From the NCBI GenBank assembly GCA_951406725.2, contig OX597817.1, positions 992,001 through 1,056,000 on the forward strand: a DNA stretch of 64,000 nt, in the 5' to 3' direction. Positions 1 to 11,595 of this stretch are shown here, piece by piece. Origin of the DNA: Octopus vulgaris. Its lineage: Eukaryota. The notes below the pieces were generated by a model, which saw only the letters and a program-made list of their open reading frames with translations, made no database searches and had not been told where the DNA came from. Made by a program: the position numbers and the translations under genes. The stretch's first letter is position 1. Every line of letters starts with the position of its first letter.

Positions 1-218
1 TAGGGAATGGAGGATTACTTCATCCTAGAATTGCCTCCGACATACAAAAGAAATATACTTCGGTTGGTGCTAACATACTTATTGAAGTGAGCCGAAATTG
101 CTTAAGTAATTAAAATTATAACCTTTGTATTGAGGAGAAAACTTTCCATTAGCTTTGTTACGTTTAGAAAGGTAGGGGAAACAGCCCTGAAATATGATAT
201 TCTTTTCTTTTCTACCCT

Positions 219-640
219 AGGCACAAGGCCCGAAATCTTTTGGGGGAGGAGGCCAGTCGATTAGATTGACCCCAGCACGCAACTGGTACTTAATTTATCG
301 ACCCCGAAAGGATGAAAGGCAAAGTCGACCTCGGCAGATTTGAACTCAGAACGTAAAGACAGACGAAATAGCGCTAAGCATTTCGTCTGGCGTGCTAGTG
401 TTTCTTATTTCTTTACTACCCACAAGGGGCTATTCACAGAGGGGACAAACAAGGACAGACAAACGGATAAAGTCGATTATATCGAACCCAGTGCTCAACC
501 GATACTTATTTCATCGACCCCGAAAGGATGAAAGGCAAAGTCGATCTCGGCGGAATTTGGTCTCAGGACGTAAAGACAGGCGAAATACCGCTAAGCATTT
601 CGCCCGTCGTGCAAACGATTCTGCCAGCCCGTTGCCTTCC
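219..640 (-). mobile_element. tRNA-derived SINE family A, tandem pair
   Basis: Reverse complement has a tRNA-like head (TGGCAGAATCGTT.../GAGTTCAAATTCC) and the core gtcgactttgcctttcatcctttcggggtcgataaattaagtacc. Other copies at ~6468-6670(+), 8354-8530(-), 24512-24720(+), 26200-26400(+), 38590-38710(+), 41903-42095(-). Confidence 0.8.
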
Positions 641-1130
641 TGAAATATTACATTAACAGAAACTGTGTGTCGTTCTGTAGTGGATGGTAACTGATCTTTT
701 TCAAGCATGGTGACAACCCTGGACATGTTTTGAAGTCCAGAAAAAAATCGTGTGTTTCTCTGGATGAATACAAAGATTTATTAATCTCTTTTCACTTTTT
801 CTTTTATTTATATAGAAAGAATAAATGGATCTTATTAATCTCTTATTAATCGTACAAATTCTTTCTTATGAAAAATATTTTGCCACGGAAACTTCACTAA
901 ATGCATGTTTGTTTACGTCTTTTTTTTATTTTTGACTTGTTTTGGTCTTTGAGTTGCAGTTCTGCTAGGTTCCAACTTAAAGATTTAGTTGAACAAATCA
1001 ACTCCAGTACTTGTTTCTTTCTTAAGTCTTGTACTTATTCTATCAATCCTTTTGCTGAACCACTAGGTGTTGGGGTTGTAAACAAACCAGCACCAGTTGT
1101 CAAGTAGTGCTCTCTCTCTTTCTCTCTCTA

Positions 1131-1166
<36 letters not shown>

Positions 1167-1840
1167 TGGTTTCCACACAATCTCTGTCTATGACATTCAC
1201 TCACAAAGCAATTGTTGTCCCAAAACTGTTGTAGAAGACATTTTGCCACACAGTAGGATTGAACCTGAGACCATATGGTTGCAAAATGAACCTCTTAACT
1301 ACACAACAATGCCTACAATGAGTACTAATGTGTTGTTTATTCATTCTTTTAATGCTTTTCTCATATTGGATGTTTATTTCTATCTGGCTGCCACTGGATT
1401 CTTCATTATTTACCTTTACTCTCATTATTGAATACTTTTGTTCTTTTATAATTTCACTTTCCAGGAAAATCAGCCATTCCTTAATTTTAATTTTCAGGGT
1501 TTACTTTTAGGGTTCAGTAGATTCTATGATAGCAAAGTATTCCAATTGTATGTTTTTTTCTTTGTCTTGGCTTTTATGGTCTTATTCTTTCTCATATTCC
1601 TTCAAGTTTTCCCTTTTCAAGACCTTGGTTTTAGAGTCCAAGGAAAGAAACACCCCAATACTTCTACTCCCTACCTGAAAAATTATCTCTTAACATATAT
1701 CCAACAGATGCCAATGAAGCTTTACAGTCCTAGATAGAAGCATCTCAGAAATCAGAATATCTCTGTATGTTTGTCTGTCTGTGTGGACCATCTCGTTATC
1801 CTTATGAATAACTGATAACTTGGGTAGTGATTTTGTTTAA

Positions 1841-2055
1841 CCTTTTTGTTACTGTATTTATTTTGAGATTCTCTGTTTCTTTCAATTACTTTGAATATAA
1901 CAAAGAATTTAGTAAAATAACTTTATCATTCAGCTAGTGTTAGGAACATAAATTGTGACAAAGGTTTGGTGGAAGACTTTAATTCAAAACTTATGGAAAC
2001 AAGACATTTGTACTCAGAGCCAGAGCCGGTTTCAGCCAGGTTGGTAACGAAAGGG
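1841..2055. mobile_element. piggyBac-like MITE
   Basis: TTAA on both sides (1837-40, 2056-59) and imperfect TIRs cctttttgttact / ggtaacgaaaggg. Confidence 0.55.
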
Positions 2056-2659
2056 TTAAAGGGAAAAAGAGTTGTTCATCATCACCCTCACTATCTCATC
2101 TGTAACCTTCTTCAATCCAGTGGCCAGACCAAGTTGGGATGGACAGGAATGGAGAAGAATGCAGTGGATGATCAAGATGTCTTACTTTTGCCTCGTATTC
2201 CACAGTGCATTGCTGCAGCTGCCTTCCCCTCTATTGAACCATGAAAGTTTCTGACACAGAGTTTACTGGATCCAGTCTTCACATGCATAGGTGGGCAAGC
2301 CCTAATGTGCTGGGGCCTTGACAAGTGGTACTACTCCAGGTTAGAGTAGACCTGGTAACAATAATGCCTAAAAGGTGGTTTCACGCTCCTCAAGAACATG
2401 GAACTCTTGAACGAGGGTGTAGGGTACTACCCATGCACTCATAACAGACAAACTGTAGACAGGGATCATTGCTGCAGCTAGCCATTGAGATGGTCTGCAG
2501 GGAAGGGACTTCTGATCGGGCAGGGGGATTAAATGGCTGACCGTACTCTCCCTCACAGTGGAGAGGATTGAAGTGGAATAAATGATACTTCAACACTTGT
2601 TTCTTCTTATTTTTATGTATAGCTTAACAAAGCTATACGTGGTGACCTCTAAAATAGAA

Positions 2660-4660
2660 AACATGCAAGCGGGGCAAGTGAGAACACCACCACTCTGAAG
2701 CTCCCACAATTCTGGCTGAAGCGGGCTGAGGTATGGTTCACACAAGTTGAAGCACAGTTCAACAAAAGGAGGATCACCTCAAACCTCATGAAGTACTCAT
2801 ACATAACAGCAGCACTGGACACAGCAACAAGGGTGCTCGGCATTCTAACCTGGCTCCTGGCTACTCACAAATATGCCACTTTGAAAGAGAGATCCTACTC
2901 GTCCTCCAGTGCACAGCCATGCACATTGTCTGCCGCCTGACGAACTTGCTACTGCAAAGGTTGACTTTAACAATATAGATAGTTTGGGATGATGGTTCAC
3001 TGATCAAGCATTATCAACATCTCAACACAAACGAACACAACACCCAACTGCATTCCCACTCTGCATATACAGGACTTCTTAACCCAGTTAGCTGGATGCT
3101 TAGTTTTCTCAAAGGTCAACCTCATCTGAGATTACCACCAAATACCAGCATAAGATGGCAATGTGCCGAAGACTGCTGTGATTACTCCTTCTGGGCTGTA
3201 AGAATTTCTACATACACTTTTTGGCCTGAAAAATGCAGCACGATTCTTCCAATACTTGATGGATACTGTGTGCATGGATCTAGATTTTGTCTTTGCATAC
3301 CTAGATGACATCCTTATTGCAAAATGCAGAGCTACACAAGAAGCACCTAGTGATCTTTTTTTATAGACTTGAACAATATAATTTGGTAGTCCACCATGCC
3401 AAGTGTGTCTTTGGTTTAAGGAAATTGACTTCCTGGGCATCACATCACAGGTGTTGGCACTTCACTCCTGCCAGGAAAAGTGAAAGCTATCCTGTCCTTT
3501 CCATGCCCCACAAGCAAGGCTCTGCACCAATTTGTGGGTATGGTAAACTTTTATCATTGTTGCATTCTGTTGGTAGCATAATTGAGGAGGCCCCTGTACA
3601 AGGCACCATTAGGAGAAAATTCAAAAAGACAGGTGGTGTGGGATAGTGCAATAACCTCGGCCTTCAAATCCACAAAAGAAGCTCTTGCTAAAACAACCAT
3701 GCTTACCTATCCTCATATGTCAGCATTAACTGTGCTCACAGTCGATGCCTCCAACACAACCACTGGAGGTGTTTTGGAACAATACATCAACAGTCAGTGG
3801 TGACCTCTAGCCTTCTTCAGTTGACAACTACAACTATCTGAACAGAAATGTAGCACTTTTGACAGGGAACTACTAGCTGCCCATCTAGGTGTCCACCACT
3901 TACCTTATTTTCTTGAAGGTCACACAACCCAGCATTCATAGAACACAAACAACTCACCTTCGCCATGGGCCAGCTGTCAGAGCCATGGTTTGCTTGTAGG
4001 CAGTGACAGTTATCATTCAACACATAACTGGAAAAAGCAACCCAATTGCTGATGCACTCTACAGAGCCCCTATCTACTCTGACATCTACATAGCTTTAAT
4101 AACAGAAGGTCTTGATTATGAGGCTATGGCTGCAGTTAAACGAACAAATGATGAGATCGGGGCCTACTACACTGCCATCACCTCCCTTTCCTTGCAGGAT
4201 GTGCACTTCAGCTCCAACAGAACAACCTTACTTTGCAATGACTGCACCAGGAAGCCACAGCCAGTCCTCCATGGAAAGTTTTTGATGTCATTCATGAGTT
4301 TTTCCATCTGGGTATCAGAGCCACATGATGCCTGATGTCCTGCAAATTATTCTGGCATGGTATGGCTAAGCAAATTGGGGAGTGAACCAAAACCTGTATC
4401 CCTTGTCAACAAGCCAAAATCCATGAGCATACCAAAGTATCTCTTGGCACCTATGAACCTCAACAGGCTTGTTTCAGCCATATCAACGTTGACGTTTATT
4501 GGCCCACTATCGTCTTTACAATATTGCTCATACTTGCTAACCATGGTGGACCACTTGTTGGCTTGAGGCTACACCTCTCCGCAGCACAGAAACACAGGAT
4601 ATCACCTGTACCTTCATCACAAACTGGGTTGCCTGTTTTGGTGTTCCAGACTGTCAACCT
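2660..4660 (+). mobile_element. Degenerate Ty3/Gypsy LTR retrotransposon (gag-RT-RNaseH-integrase remnants)
   Basis: gag-like KLPQFW...WFTQVEAQF; RT-like YHQIP, FGLKNAA, FAYLDDILIA; RNase H LTVDASNTTTGGVLEQ; HITGKSNPIADAL. Many stops and frameshifts, no LTR recognised. Confidence 0.8.
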
Positions 4661-4669
4661 CAGTTCTCT

Positions 4670-5040
4670 TCAAGCTTGCTTCCCAACCACATGGTTCTGG
4701 GTTCAGTCCTGCTGCATTGAACCTCGGACAAGTGTCTACTATAGCAGTGGGCTGACCAAGGCCTTGTGAGTGGATTTGGCAGATGGAAATTGAAAGAAGC
4801 CCATTGTATGTATGTGTGTGTGTGTGTGTGTGTGACAACATAAACATACCAGCCTGAAAACCAGTGCTGGTGTGTTTATGTCCCTGTAACTTAGTGGTTT
4901 GACAAAAGACACTGATAGAATAAGTACTAGGTTTTAAAAAGAAAAATAAGTCTTGGGGTTGATTCATTTGACAGAAAATTCCTCAAGGCAGTGCCCCAGC
5001 ATAGCCACAGACTAATGATTGACACAAGTAAAAGATAAAA
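4670..5040 (+). mobile_element. SINE-like element with internal (TG)n/(TA)n microsatellite
   Basis: aagcttgcttcccaaccacatggtt...ggcaagtgtct...aagaagccc-(microsat)-...ataagtactagg. Related copies at ~42212-42592 and ~46735-48250 (the latter split by a Helitron). Confidence 0.65.
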
Positions 5041-5227
5041 GATTGTGAAACAATGTTATAAGAATACATAAATTTACGCACCAAAATAAGAAAATTTATC
5101 AAACATGGAATCTCTCCAGTGCCACTAATAATTTACAATTTCATTTTTCTGAAAATTATAAAACAATGTTTCGCTTTTGGATTTGGTTTGCCAGATTCTT
5201 TATATGAGTTTGTGTGTTGAAGTATAT

Positions 5228-5489
5228 TCTGTTGTGTCTGAGGAGAGTAATTTTCTTTTTGTGCCTTTGGCACACCCACTGGTAATATTTCCACTTATTT
5301 CTTATTTTTATTCTCTGAAAAGTTTCGTTGCATCTTGCAACCTTTTCAAGAGTCTTGACTATTAAAAAGGTTGCAAGACGCAATGAAAATTTTAGGAAAA
5401 TAAAAATAAGAAATAAGTGGAAATTTTACTGGTGGGTGTGTTACATCATAAGGCACAAAAAGAAGATGACTCTCCCCAGACACAACAGA
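5228..5489. repeat. ~120-bp imperfect inverted repeat (fold-back)
   Basis: Arm 5228-5346 is approximately the reverse complement of 5365-5489, with an 18-nt loop. Confidence 0.85.
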
Positions 5490-5548
5490 TTATAAAACAA
5501 TGTCTATCTTATTTATTGTAATTTCCTTCTCAATTTCTTTAATTGCAG

Positions 5549-5705
5549 TAAATTCTATAAGTTGGTAAAAGCGTTTGCTGATCTTGAAGATGACTTGCGT
5601 AACATAAAGAGAATGACTCTTTTTGTACCGTCTGATGAAGCAATGCAGAAAGTTGATAGTGAGAAACTTCAACAGTTGGGGAACGACAAAGAAAGCATAA
5701 AAAAG
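5549..5705 (+). CDS. Fasciclin-like (FAS1) gene, first exon in window (H1 motif of FAS1 repeat a)
   Basis: ttgcag|T acceptor and AAG|gtagtt donor. Encodes xKFYKLVKAFADLEDDLRNIKRMTLFVPSDEAMQK...ESIKK. TLFVPSDEA matches the FAS1 H1 motif. Confidence 0.85.
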
Positions 5706-5840
5706 GTAGTTGTCTTTAGAATGAAACTCTGCACTACTTGCTTAATCTGAATTGTTTTGAATTGTAATGCATATTAGGTAAAGTATAATCCTTCATGGGG
5801 ACTTGGTTGTCATGCATGTGTGTGTGTGTGTGTGTGTGTA

Positions 5841-6160
5841 GTGAAGGTGCATGGCTCAGTGGTTACACTGTTGGGCTCACAATCATGAGGTTGTGAGTTT
5901 GATTTTCTGACTGAGCTGTGTACTGTGTTCTTGAGCAAGACACTTTATTTCACGTTGCTCCAGTTCATTCAGTTGTAGAAATGAGTTGCAGTGTATTGGC
6001 CTTTGCCTTTCACTTGGAATAGCATCTTTGGTATGGAGAGAGGAGGCTGGCATGCATGGGCGACTGCTGGTTTCCCATAAATAACCTGGTCCAGGCCTTG
6101 GAGGGTAACTTTCTAGATGCAATCCCATGGTCTGTGTCGTGACCGAAGGGGATCTTTACC
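5841..6160 (+). mobile_element. tRNA-derived SINE family B
   Basis: A box TGGCTCAGTGG, B box-like GAGTTYGA, body cttgagcaagacactttatttcacgttgctccag. Copies at ~9350-9690, 10263-10605 (13-bp TSD attgttttaaatt) and 23670-23990; related copy at 46430-46740(-). Confidence 0.8.
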
Positions 6161-6169
6161 CTTTAGTTT

Positions 6170-6465
6170 TTTGGTATGTTGCCAGTGCTGCCTGACTGGC
6201 TCCCAGGCTGGTGACATATAAAAAGCACCATTTGAGTGTGGTCGATGCCAGAACAGCCTGACTGGCCCTCATTCCGGTGGCACGTAAAAAGCACCCACTA
6301 CACTTTCAGAGTAGTTGGCATTTAGGAAGGGCATCAAACTGGCAAAACTCTGCCAGATCAGATTGGAGCCTGGTGCAGCCTTCTGGCTCACCAGCCCTCA
6401 GTCAAACCGTGCAACCCATGCCAGCATGGAAAGCAGACTTTATACAATGATGATGATGATGATGA
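6170..6465 (+). mobile_element. 3' UTR-type fragment of an RTE-like LINE with (GAT)n tail
   Basis: ggcacgtaaaaagcacccactacac...ggaagggcatc...aacccatgccagcatggaaag + (gat)n. The same sequence follows RTE-like coding at 17.1-18.1 kb. Copies at ~13130-13430(-), 14000-14200(-), 24235-24410(+). Confidence 0.65.
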
Positions 6466-6769
6466 AGACAGCAAGCTGGCAGAATTATTAGCAGACTGGA
6501 CAAAGCGCTTAGTGGCATTTGTTTGTCTTTACATTCTGAGTCCAAATTCCATCAAGGTCAACTTTGTCTTTCATCTTTTTGGGGTTGGTAAAATAAGTCC
6601 CTACTGAGCACTGGGGTTGATATAACTGGCTACCACCCTCCCCACAAAATTGCAGGCCTTGTGCTTATAGTAGAAAGGTTTATCATTATATAGTAGAAAA
6701 GATTATTACCATTATCCCTTTGTTCATGTTTTTATTTATGCTAATTTTCTCGCTTCTATCATCCATCAG

Positions 6770-6889
6770 ATCATTGAGAGCAGAGTATTGTTCGTAACGA
6801 GGTTCTTTTCACTTCATCTACTGATGTCCGTATCCGTGGTATTCCAGCTAAAACCGTACCATTGTTATATAAGAATTCATTTGATCAAG
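6770..6889 (+). CDS. FAS1 gene exon 2 (middle of repeat a); 5' boundary uncertain (6770, 6781 or 6784)
   Basis: Pyrimidine tract + cag| at 6769 and strong CAAG|gtgagt donor. Frame QSIVRNEVLFTSSTDVRIRG...NSFDQ ends in phase 1, matching the next exon. The best acceptor is 2 nt out of frame (see findings). Confidence 0.65.
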
Positions 6890-7159
6890 GTGAGTGCTCT
6901 ACAGTGAAATCATCTGCTTTTAGAAAACTAATTTACTAGAACTTTTAGGCGTTCGCTGAACAATATTTTAATCCCATTAGACTCCTTAAGCCTAATGAAT
7001 CAACTAGAGGTCAAGGTAACATAGGTGATATTTTTTACAGAACTGCACCAAGTCTCTAATCTGATTTTGCATGGTTTCTACAGGCCATGCCAACCTGGTG
7101 CAGTTCTACAGTTTACCAGTTCCAGTCAAACTGGCTAACCCATGGAAATCAGATATTAA

Positions 7160-7254
7160 ATGATGATGATGGTGGTGGTGATGGTGGTGGTGGAAGTAGT
7201 GGTGATGCTGGTGGCGGTGGAGGTGGTGGTGATGATGGGTAGTGGTGGTAGTGA

Positions 7255-7288
<34 letters not shown>

Positions 7289-7495
7289 GGTGGTGGGTGG
7301 TGGTGGTGGGTAGTGGTGGTGGTGATGGTGGATGATGATGATGGTGGTGGTGGTGGTGGTGGTGGGTGGTGGTGGTGGTGGTGATGATGATGATGGTGGT
7401 GGTGGTGGTGGTGGTGGTGGTGGTGGTGGTGGTGATGGTGGTGGGTGGTGGGTGGTGGGTGGTGGTGGTGGGTGGTGGTGGTGGTGGTGATGCTG
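7160..7495. repeat. (GGT/GAT)n microsatellite
   Basis: Direct inspection. Confidence 0.95.
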
Positions 7496-7549
7496 TTAAT
7501 GAAACCAACTCCCTTGAGTTGGCTGTCGTTGATGTTGTTTTATACCAAA

Positions 7550-7923
7550 CTAGCAGTATCGCCCGGCGTTGCTCAGGTTTGTAAGGGAAATAACTATAAA
7601 GCATTTTTAGAGAGTTATAGCCAAAAAATGGAAAAAAATGATGGTAAATTTTTTTTGAGAGCAAAAAAAGGTGGAGTTGCGTCCCCTAGACAGTTTGCGG
7701 TTTGTGTTTCTGATTCTCGACCCCATGTCGAATTTATCGATTTTTTTTCAGAACTGGGGGAACTTTTCAAAATTTTCGCTGCGTTAGTTTTGAATTATGA
7801 CATTGGGCTATGTGTGTGTCAAGTTGCATCAGAATTGGTTGAAAGCCGTGGTCAGAGTGAGGGTACGAGAAAACAGACACACAGAAACACGCACAGACAA
7901 ACTGCCGTTTATATAGAGAGAGA
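7550..7923 (-). mobile_element. Non-autonomous Helitron (374 bp)
   Basis: On -: 5' TC, 3' cctgagcaacgccggg hairpin-like motif then CTAG, inserted between A and T with no TSD. Confidence 0.75.
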
Positions 7924-8801
7924 TAATCCAATGATTAAAGGCATTTCAGTGACATGCATTCCTTATTTTAGGGAATAAAGGATATTGGGTTACTATCTCC
8001 AGCATATGGGACCCCTTATCTCCTGGAACTTTTAATGTTTCAGTGTTGGACATTTAATTTTACATTGATTCAGTTCACCCGGATCATCAGAGAATGTTAC
8101 TTGTGGATTTGTATTGGGAGATAAATTTATCATTATTTTGCTTCCCACAATGAAACTGGGATTAAGTGTAGACTCTTGTAGAGCCCTTTAGGCCTTGGAA
8201 AAAAAAAAAAAAAAAAACTAACAAAAAAACAAACATATCACAAAAAATACCGTATTCAATTACATGTTTTTCAATAAAATGTCAGCCATTTTTAATGGTG
8301 TTCTTTTAGAGAGAGAGAGGGGGGGAGATAATTAATGAAGTCATTTCTGCTGTAGGCACAAACCTGAAATTTTGTGGGAGCAGGCTAGTCTATTATATTG
8401 ACTCCAGGGCTCAACTGGTACTTAATTTATTGATCCTGAAAGGACAAAAGGCAAAGTCGACCTCCGTGGCATTTGAACTTAGAACACACAAAGACGGATG
8501 AAACTCTTTTAATCATTTTGTCTAGTGTACTGTATGTGTGTGTGTGTGTGTGTGTGTTTTAGCTGTAATACACATGGTTATTGATAGTTAACCGTTCGCC
8601 AGTTCAAAGCATTTTCATAATAAGTTTGTCCTAGACATTCATGCTTGTTTCCAGACTTTTAGTGGGTCCTTGTTTCATGTTATCTGAGTAATATAAAGCT
8701 TTCCTTCCAAAAGTTCCGAGTAACTCTGGTGGTTGAAAAAAAATAATTGGAAACGCATAAATACTGGGGAATACGATGCATAAATACTGGGGAAATGTCC
8801 T

Positions 8802-10609
8802 GTGTGTCATCACCTGAGATACACAAGCAAACGTTTAATAATACTAATAGGATGCAATGTGGAGGGGCAATGGCTCAGTGGTTAGGGCAGCGGACTCGCG
8901 GTGGGAGGATCACGGTTTCGATTCCCAGACTGGGTGTTGTGTGTGTTTATTGAGCGAAAACATCTAAAAGCTCCACGAGGCTCCGGCAGGGGGTGGTGGT
9001 GACCCCTGTTGTACTCTTTCACCACAACTTTCTCTCACTCTCTCTCTTCCTGTTTCTTGAGTAATGCTGCGATGGACTGGTGTCCCGTCCAGCTGGGGGG
9101 AACACATACGCCACAGAAACCGGGAAACCGGGTCCATGAGCCTGGCTAGGCTTGAAAAGGGTGACATAGACATAGAATAGGTGCAATGTAGTTTAACCAT
9201 TGTGCCTCTTCCTCTATCACTGAAATACCACAGGTGGGGTGAGGGTATGCGGGTCTACTATATGAGGGGCTGCTGAAAAGTCCCTTACATTAACCCTTTA
9301 GTCTTCAGATTATTCTGTAATGCTTGTTTATTTATATTGTTTTAAATTTGTGAAGGTGCATGACTCAGTGGTTAGAGCGTCGAGCTTACGATCGTGAGGT
9401 TGTGAGTTCGAAGCCCGCACCGGGCTGTGTGTTGTGTTCATGAGCAAGACACTTTATTTCACGTTGCTCCAGTTCACTCAGCTGTAGAAATGAGTTGCGA
9501 CATCACTGGTGCCAAGCTGTATCGGCCCCTTTGCCTTTCCCTTGGATAACATCAGTGGCAATGGAGAGGAGAGGCCGGTATGCATAGGCGACTGCTGGTC
9601 TTCCATAAACAACCTTATCCGGACTTGTGCCTGGGAGGGTAACTTTCTAGGTGCAATCCCGTGGTCTGTGTCATGACCAAAGGGGGTCTCAGATTGACAT
9701 GGGGTCGAGAATCAGTGTGTCATCACCTGAGATACACAAGCAAACGTTTAATAATACTAATAGGATGCAATGTGGAGGGGCAATGGCTCAGTGGTTAGGG
9801 CAGCGGACTCGCGGTGGGAGGATCACGGTTTCGATTCCCAGACTGGGTGTTGTGTGTGTTTATTGAGCGAAAACATCTAAAAGCTCCACGAGGCTCCGGC
9901 AGGGGGTGGTGGTGACCCCTGTTGTACTCTTTCACCACAACTTTCTCTCACTCTCTCTCTTCCTGTTTCTTGAGTAATGCTGCGATGGACTGGTGTCCCG
10001 TCCAGCTGGGGGGAACACATACGCCACAGAAACCAGGAAACCGGGTCCATGAGCCTGGCTAGGCTTGAAAAGGGTGACATAGACATAGAATAGGTGCAAT
10101 GTAGTTTAACCATTGTGCCTCTTCCTCTATCACTGAAATACCACAGGTGGGGTGAGGGTATGCGGGTCTACTATATGAGGGGCTGCTGAAAAGTCCCTTA
10201 CATTAACCCTTTAGTCTTCAGATTATTCTGTAATGCTTGTTTATTTATATTGTTTTAAATTTGTGAAGGTGCATGACTCAGTGGTTAGAGCGTCGAGCTT
10301 ACGATCGTGAGGTTGTGAGTTCGAAGCCCGCACCGGGCTGTGTGTTGTGTTCATGAGCAAGACACTTTATTTCACGTTGCTCCAGTTCACTCAGCTGTAG
10401 AAATGAGTTGCGACATCACTGGTGCCAAGCTGTATCGGCCCCTTTGCCTTTCCCTTGGATAACATCAGTGGCAATGGAGAGGAGAGGCCGGTATGCATAG
10501 GCGACTGCTGGTCTTCCATAAACAACCTTATCCGGACTTGTGCCTGGGAGGGTAACTTTCTAGGTGCAATCCCGTGGTCTGTGTCATGACCAAAGGGGGT
10601 CTCAGATTG
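8802..10609 (+). repeat. Near-perfect tandem duplication, 913-bp period (8802-9696 / 9715-10609)
   Basis: Identical apart from one substitution noticed (aaccgggaaa vs aaccaggaaa). Each copy holds SINE C and SINE B. Confidence 0.95.
8859..9160 (+). mobile_element. tRNA-derived SINE family C
   Basis: tggctcagtggttagggcagcggactcgcgg...ggtttcgattccc head. Copies at ~9772-10073, 37735-37963(-), 39994-40150(+). Confidence 0.8.
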
Positions 10610-10952
10610 TTTTAAATTAATCTTACATTGTCTTGTAGTTTAGTGACTTCAGTGATGTGATTGCTTTGTTCTAGACTGACATTGTAGGGAAGAGAGGAAT
10701 GGCCAGTTCTTGTCAGTTTCCATATAAAGCAGGTAAAATATTTTGGTCAGATATGATCAGTTTTAATGCTAAAGAATTAATGGTATTGTGAAAGGCCTGG
10801 CTGGAGGCCAACCCCCCGAGTTCTTTTACAGGGCTTACACACACACACACAGGCACATACACACACACACGCACCTGCCCTCAAACACACACAAGACTCC
10901 ATATTTCCTCTACTTAAAAACTGAATGTTCCACCTCCGTTTTCCTTTTTCAG

Positions 10953-11097
10953 TTTCTGTCTTTTCTGGAGACTCGACGGCCAATATTGTTATTGGCAACA
11001 TAACGGTTGCCAATGGTGTCATCCATGTGATTGACAGAATGCTTGGATATGTGTTCAATTCAGTGAGGGAAGAGATACAAAATGATGACAGTGTCAA
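10953..11097 (+). CDS. FAS1 gene exon 3 (H2 motif of repeat a)
   Basis: tttttcag| and AA|gtaagt. Encodes VSVFSGDSTANIVIGNITVANGVIHVIDRMLGY...; NGVIHVID is the FAS1 H2 motif. Absent from the ORF track. Confidence 0.9.
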
Positions 11098-11435
11098 GTA
11101 AGTAAGGACCCTCTCATACTTTTCTTTTCCTTGCTGTTATTGTGTCACCATCACTAGCACCATCTTCCTTTCCCATCCTTCTCCTCCTCCTCCTCTCCAC
11201 TCCTCCTCCTCCTCCCACTCCTCCTCCTCCTCCTCCTCTCCACTCCTCATCCTCCTCTCCACTCCTCCTCCTCCTCCTCCTCCTCTCCACTCCTCCTCCT
11301 CTCCACTCCTCCTCCCTCTCCTCCCCACCCTCTCCATTTATATGACTTGTATTTAACGAAATTCTGTTTAGCTGCTTAAATAACAAAAACTGTTGTATGT
11401 TAGCTTATATTTGCACTGTTTTTGTATTATTACAG

Positions 11436-11595
11436 GAAGTTTGTAGAATTCCTGCCCAAGATTAATGATGCCATTGTTAAAGAGGCTATCATGACTGATG
11501 ACAGAGTAACACTGTTTGTCCCAACCAATGAAGCTTTTGCTCGTGTACCTGAACAAACTAAAGTCCTGCAAAGAAACCCAGCATGTTTAGAGGAG
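11436..11595 (+). CDS. FAS1 gene exon 4 (H1 of repeat b)
   Basis: ttacag|G and GAG|gttggt. Encodes KFVEFLPK...VTLFVPTNEAFARVP...CLEE. Phase 2 in, phase 0 out. Confidence 0.9.

Noticed and set aside
9350-9430. tRNA gene
   Set aside because: The A/B boxes continue into a multi-copy SINE body with a TSD, so this is a SINE head.
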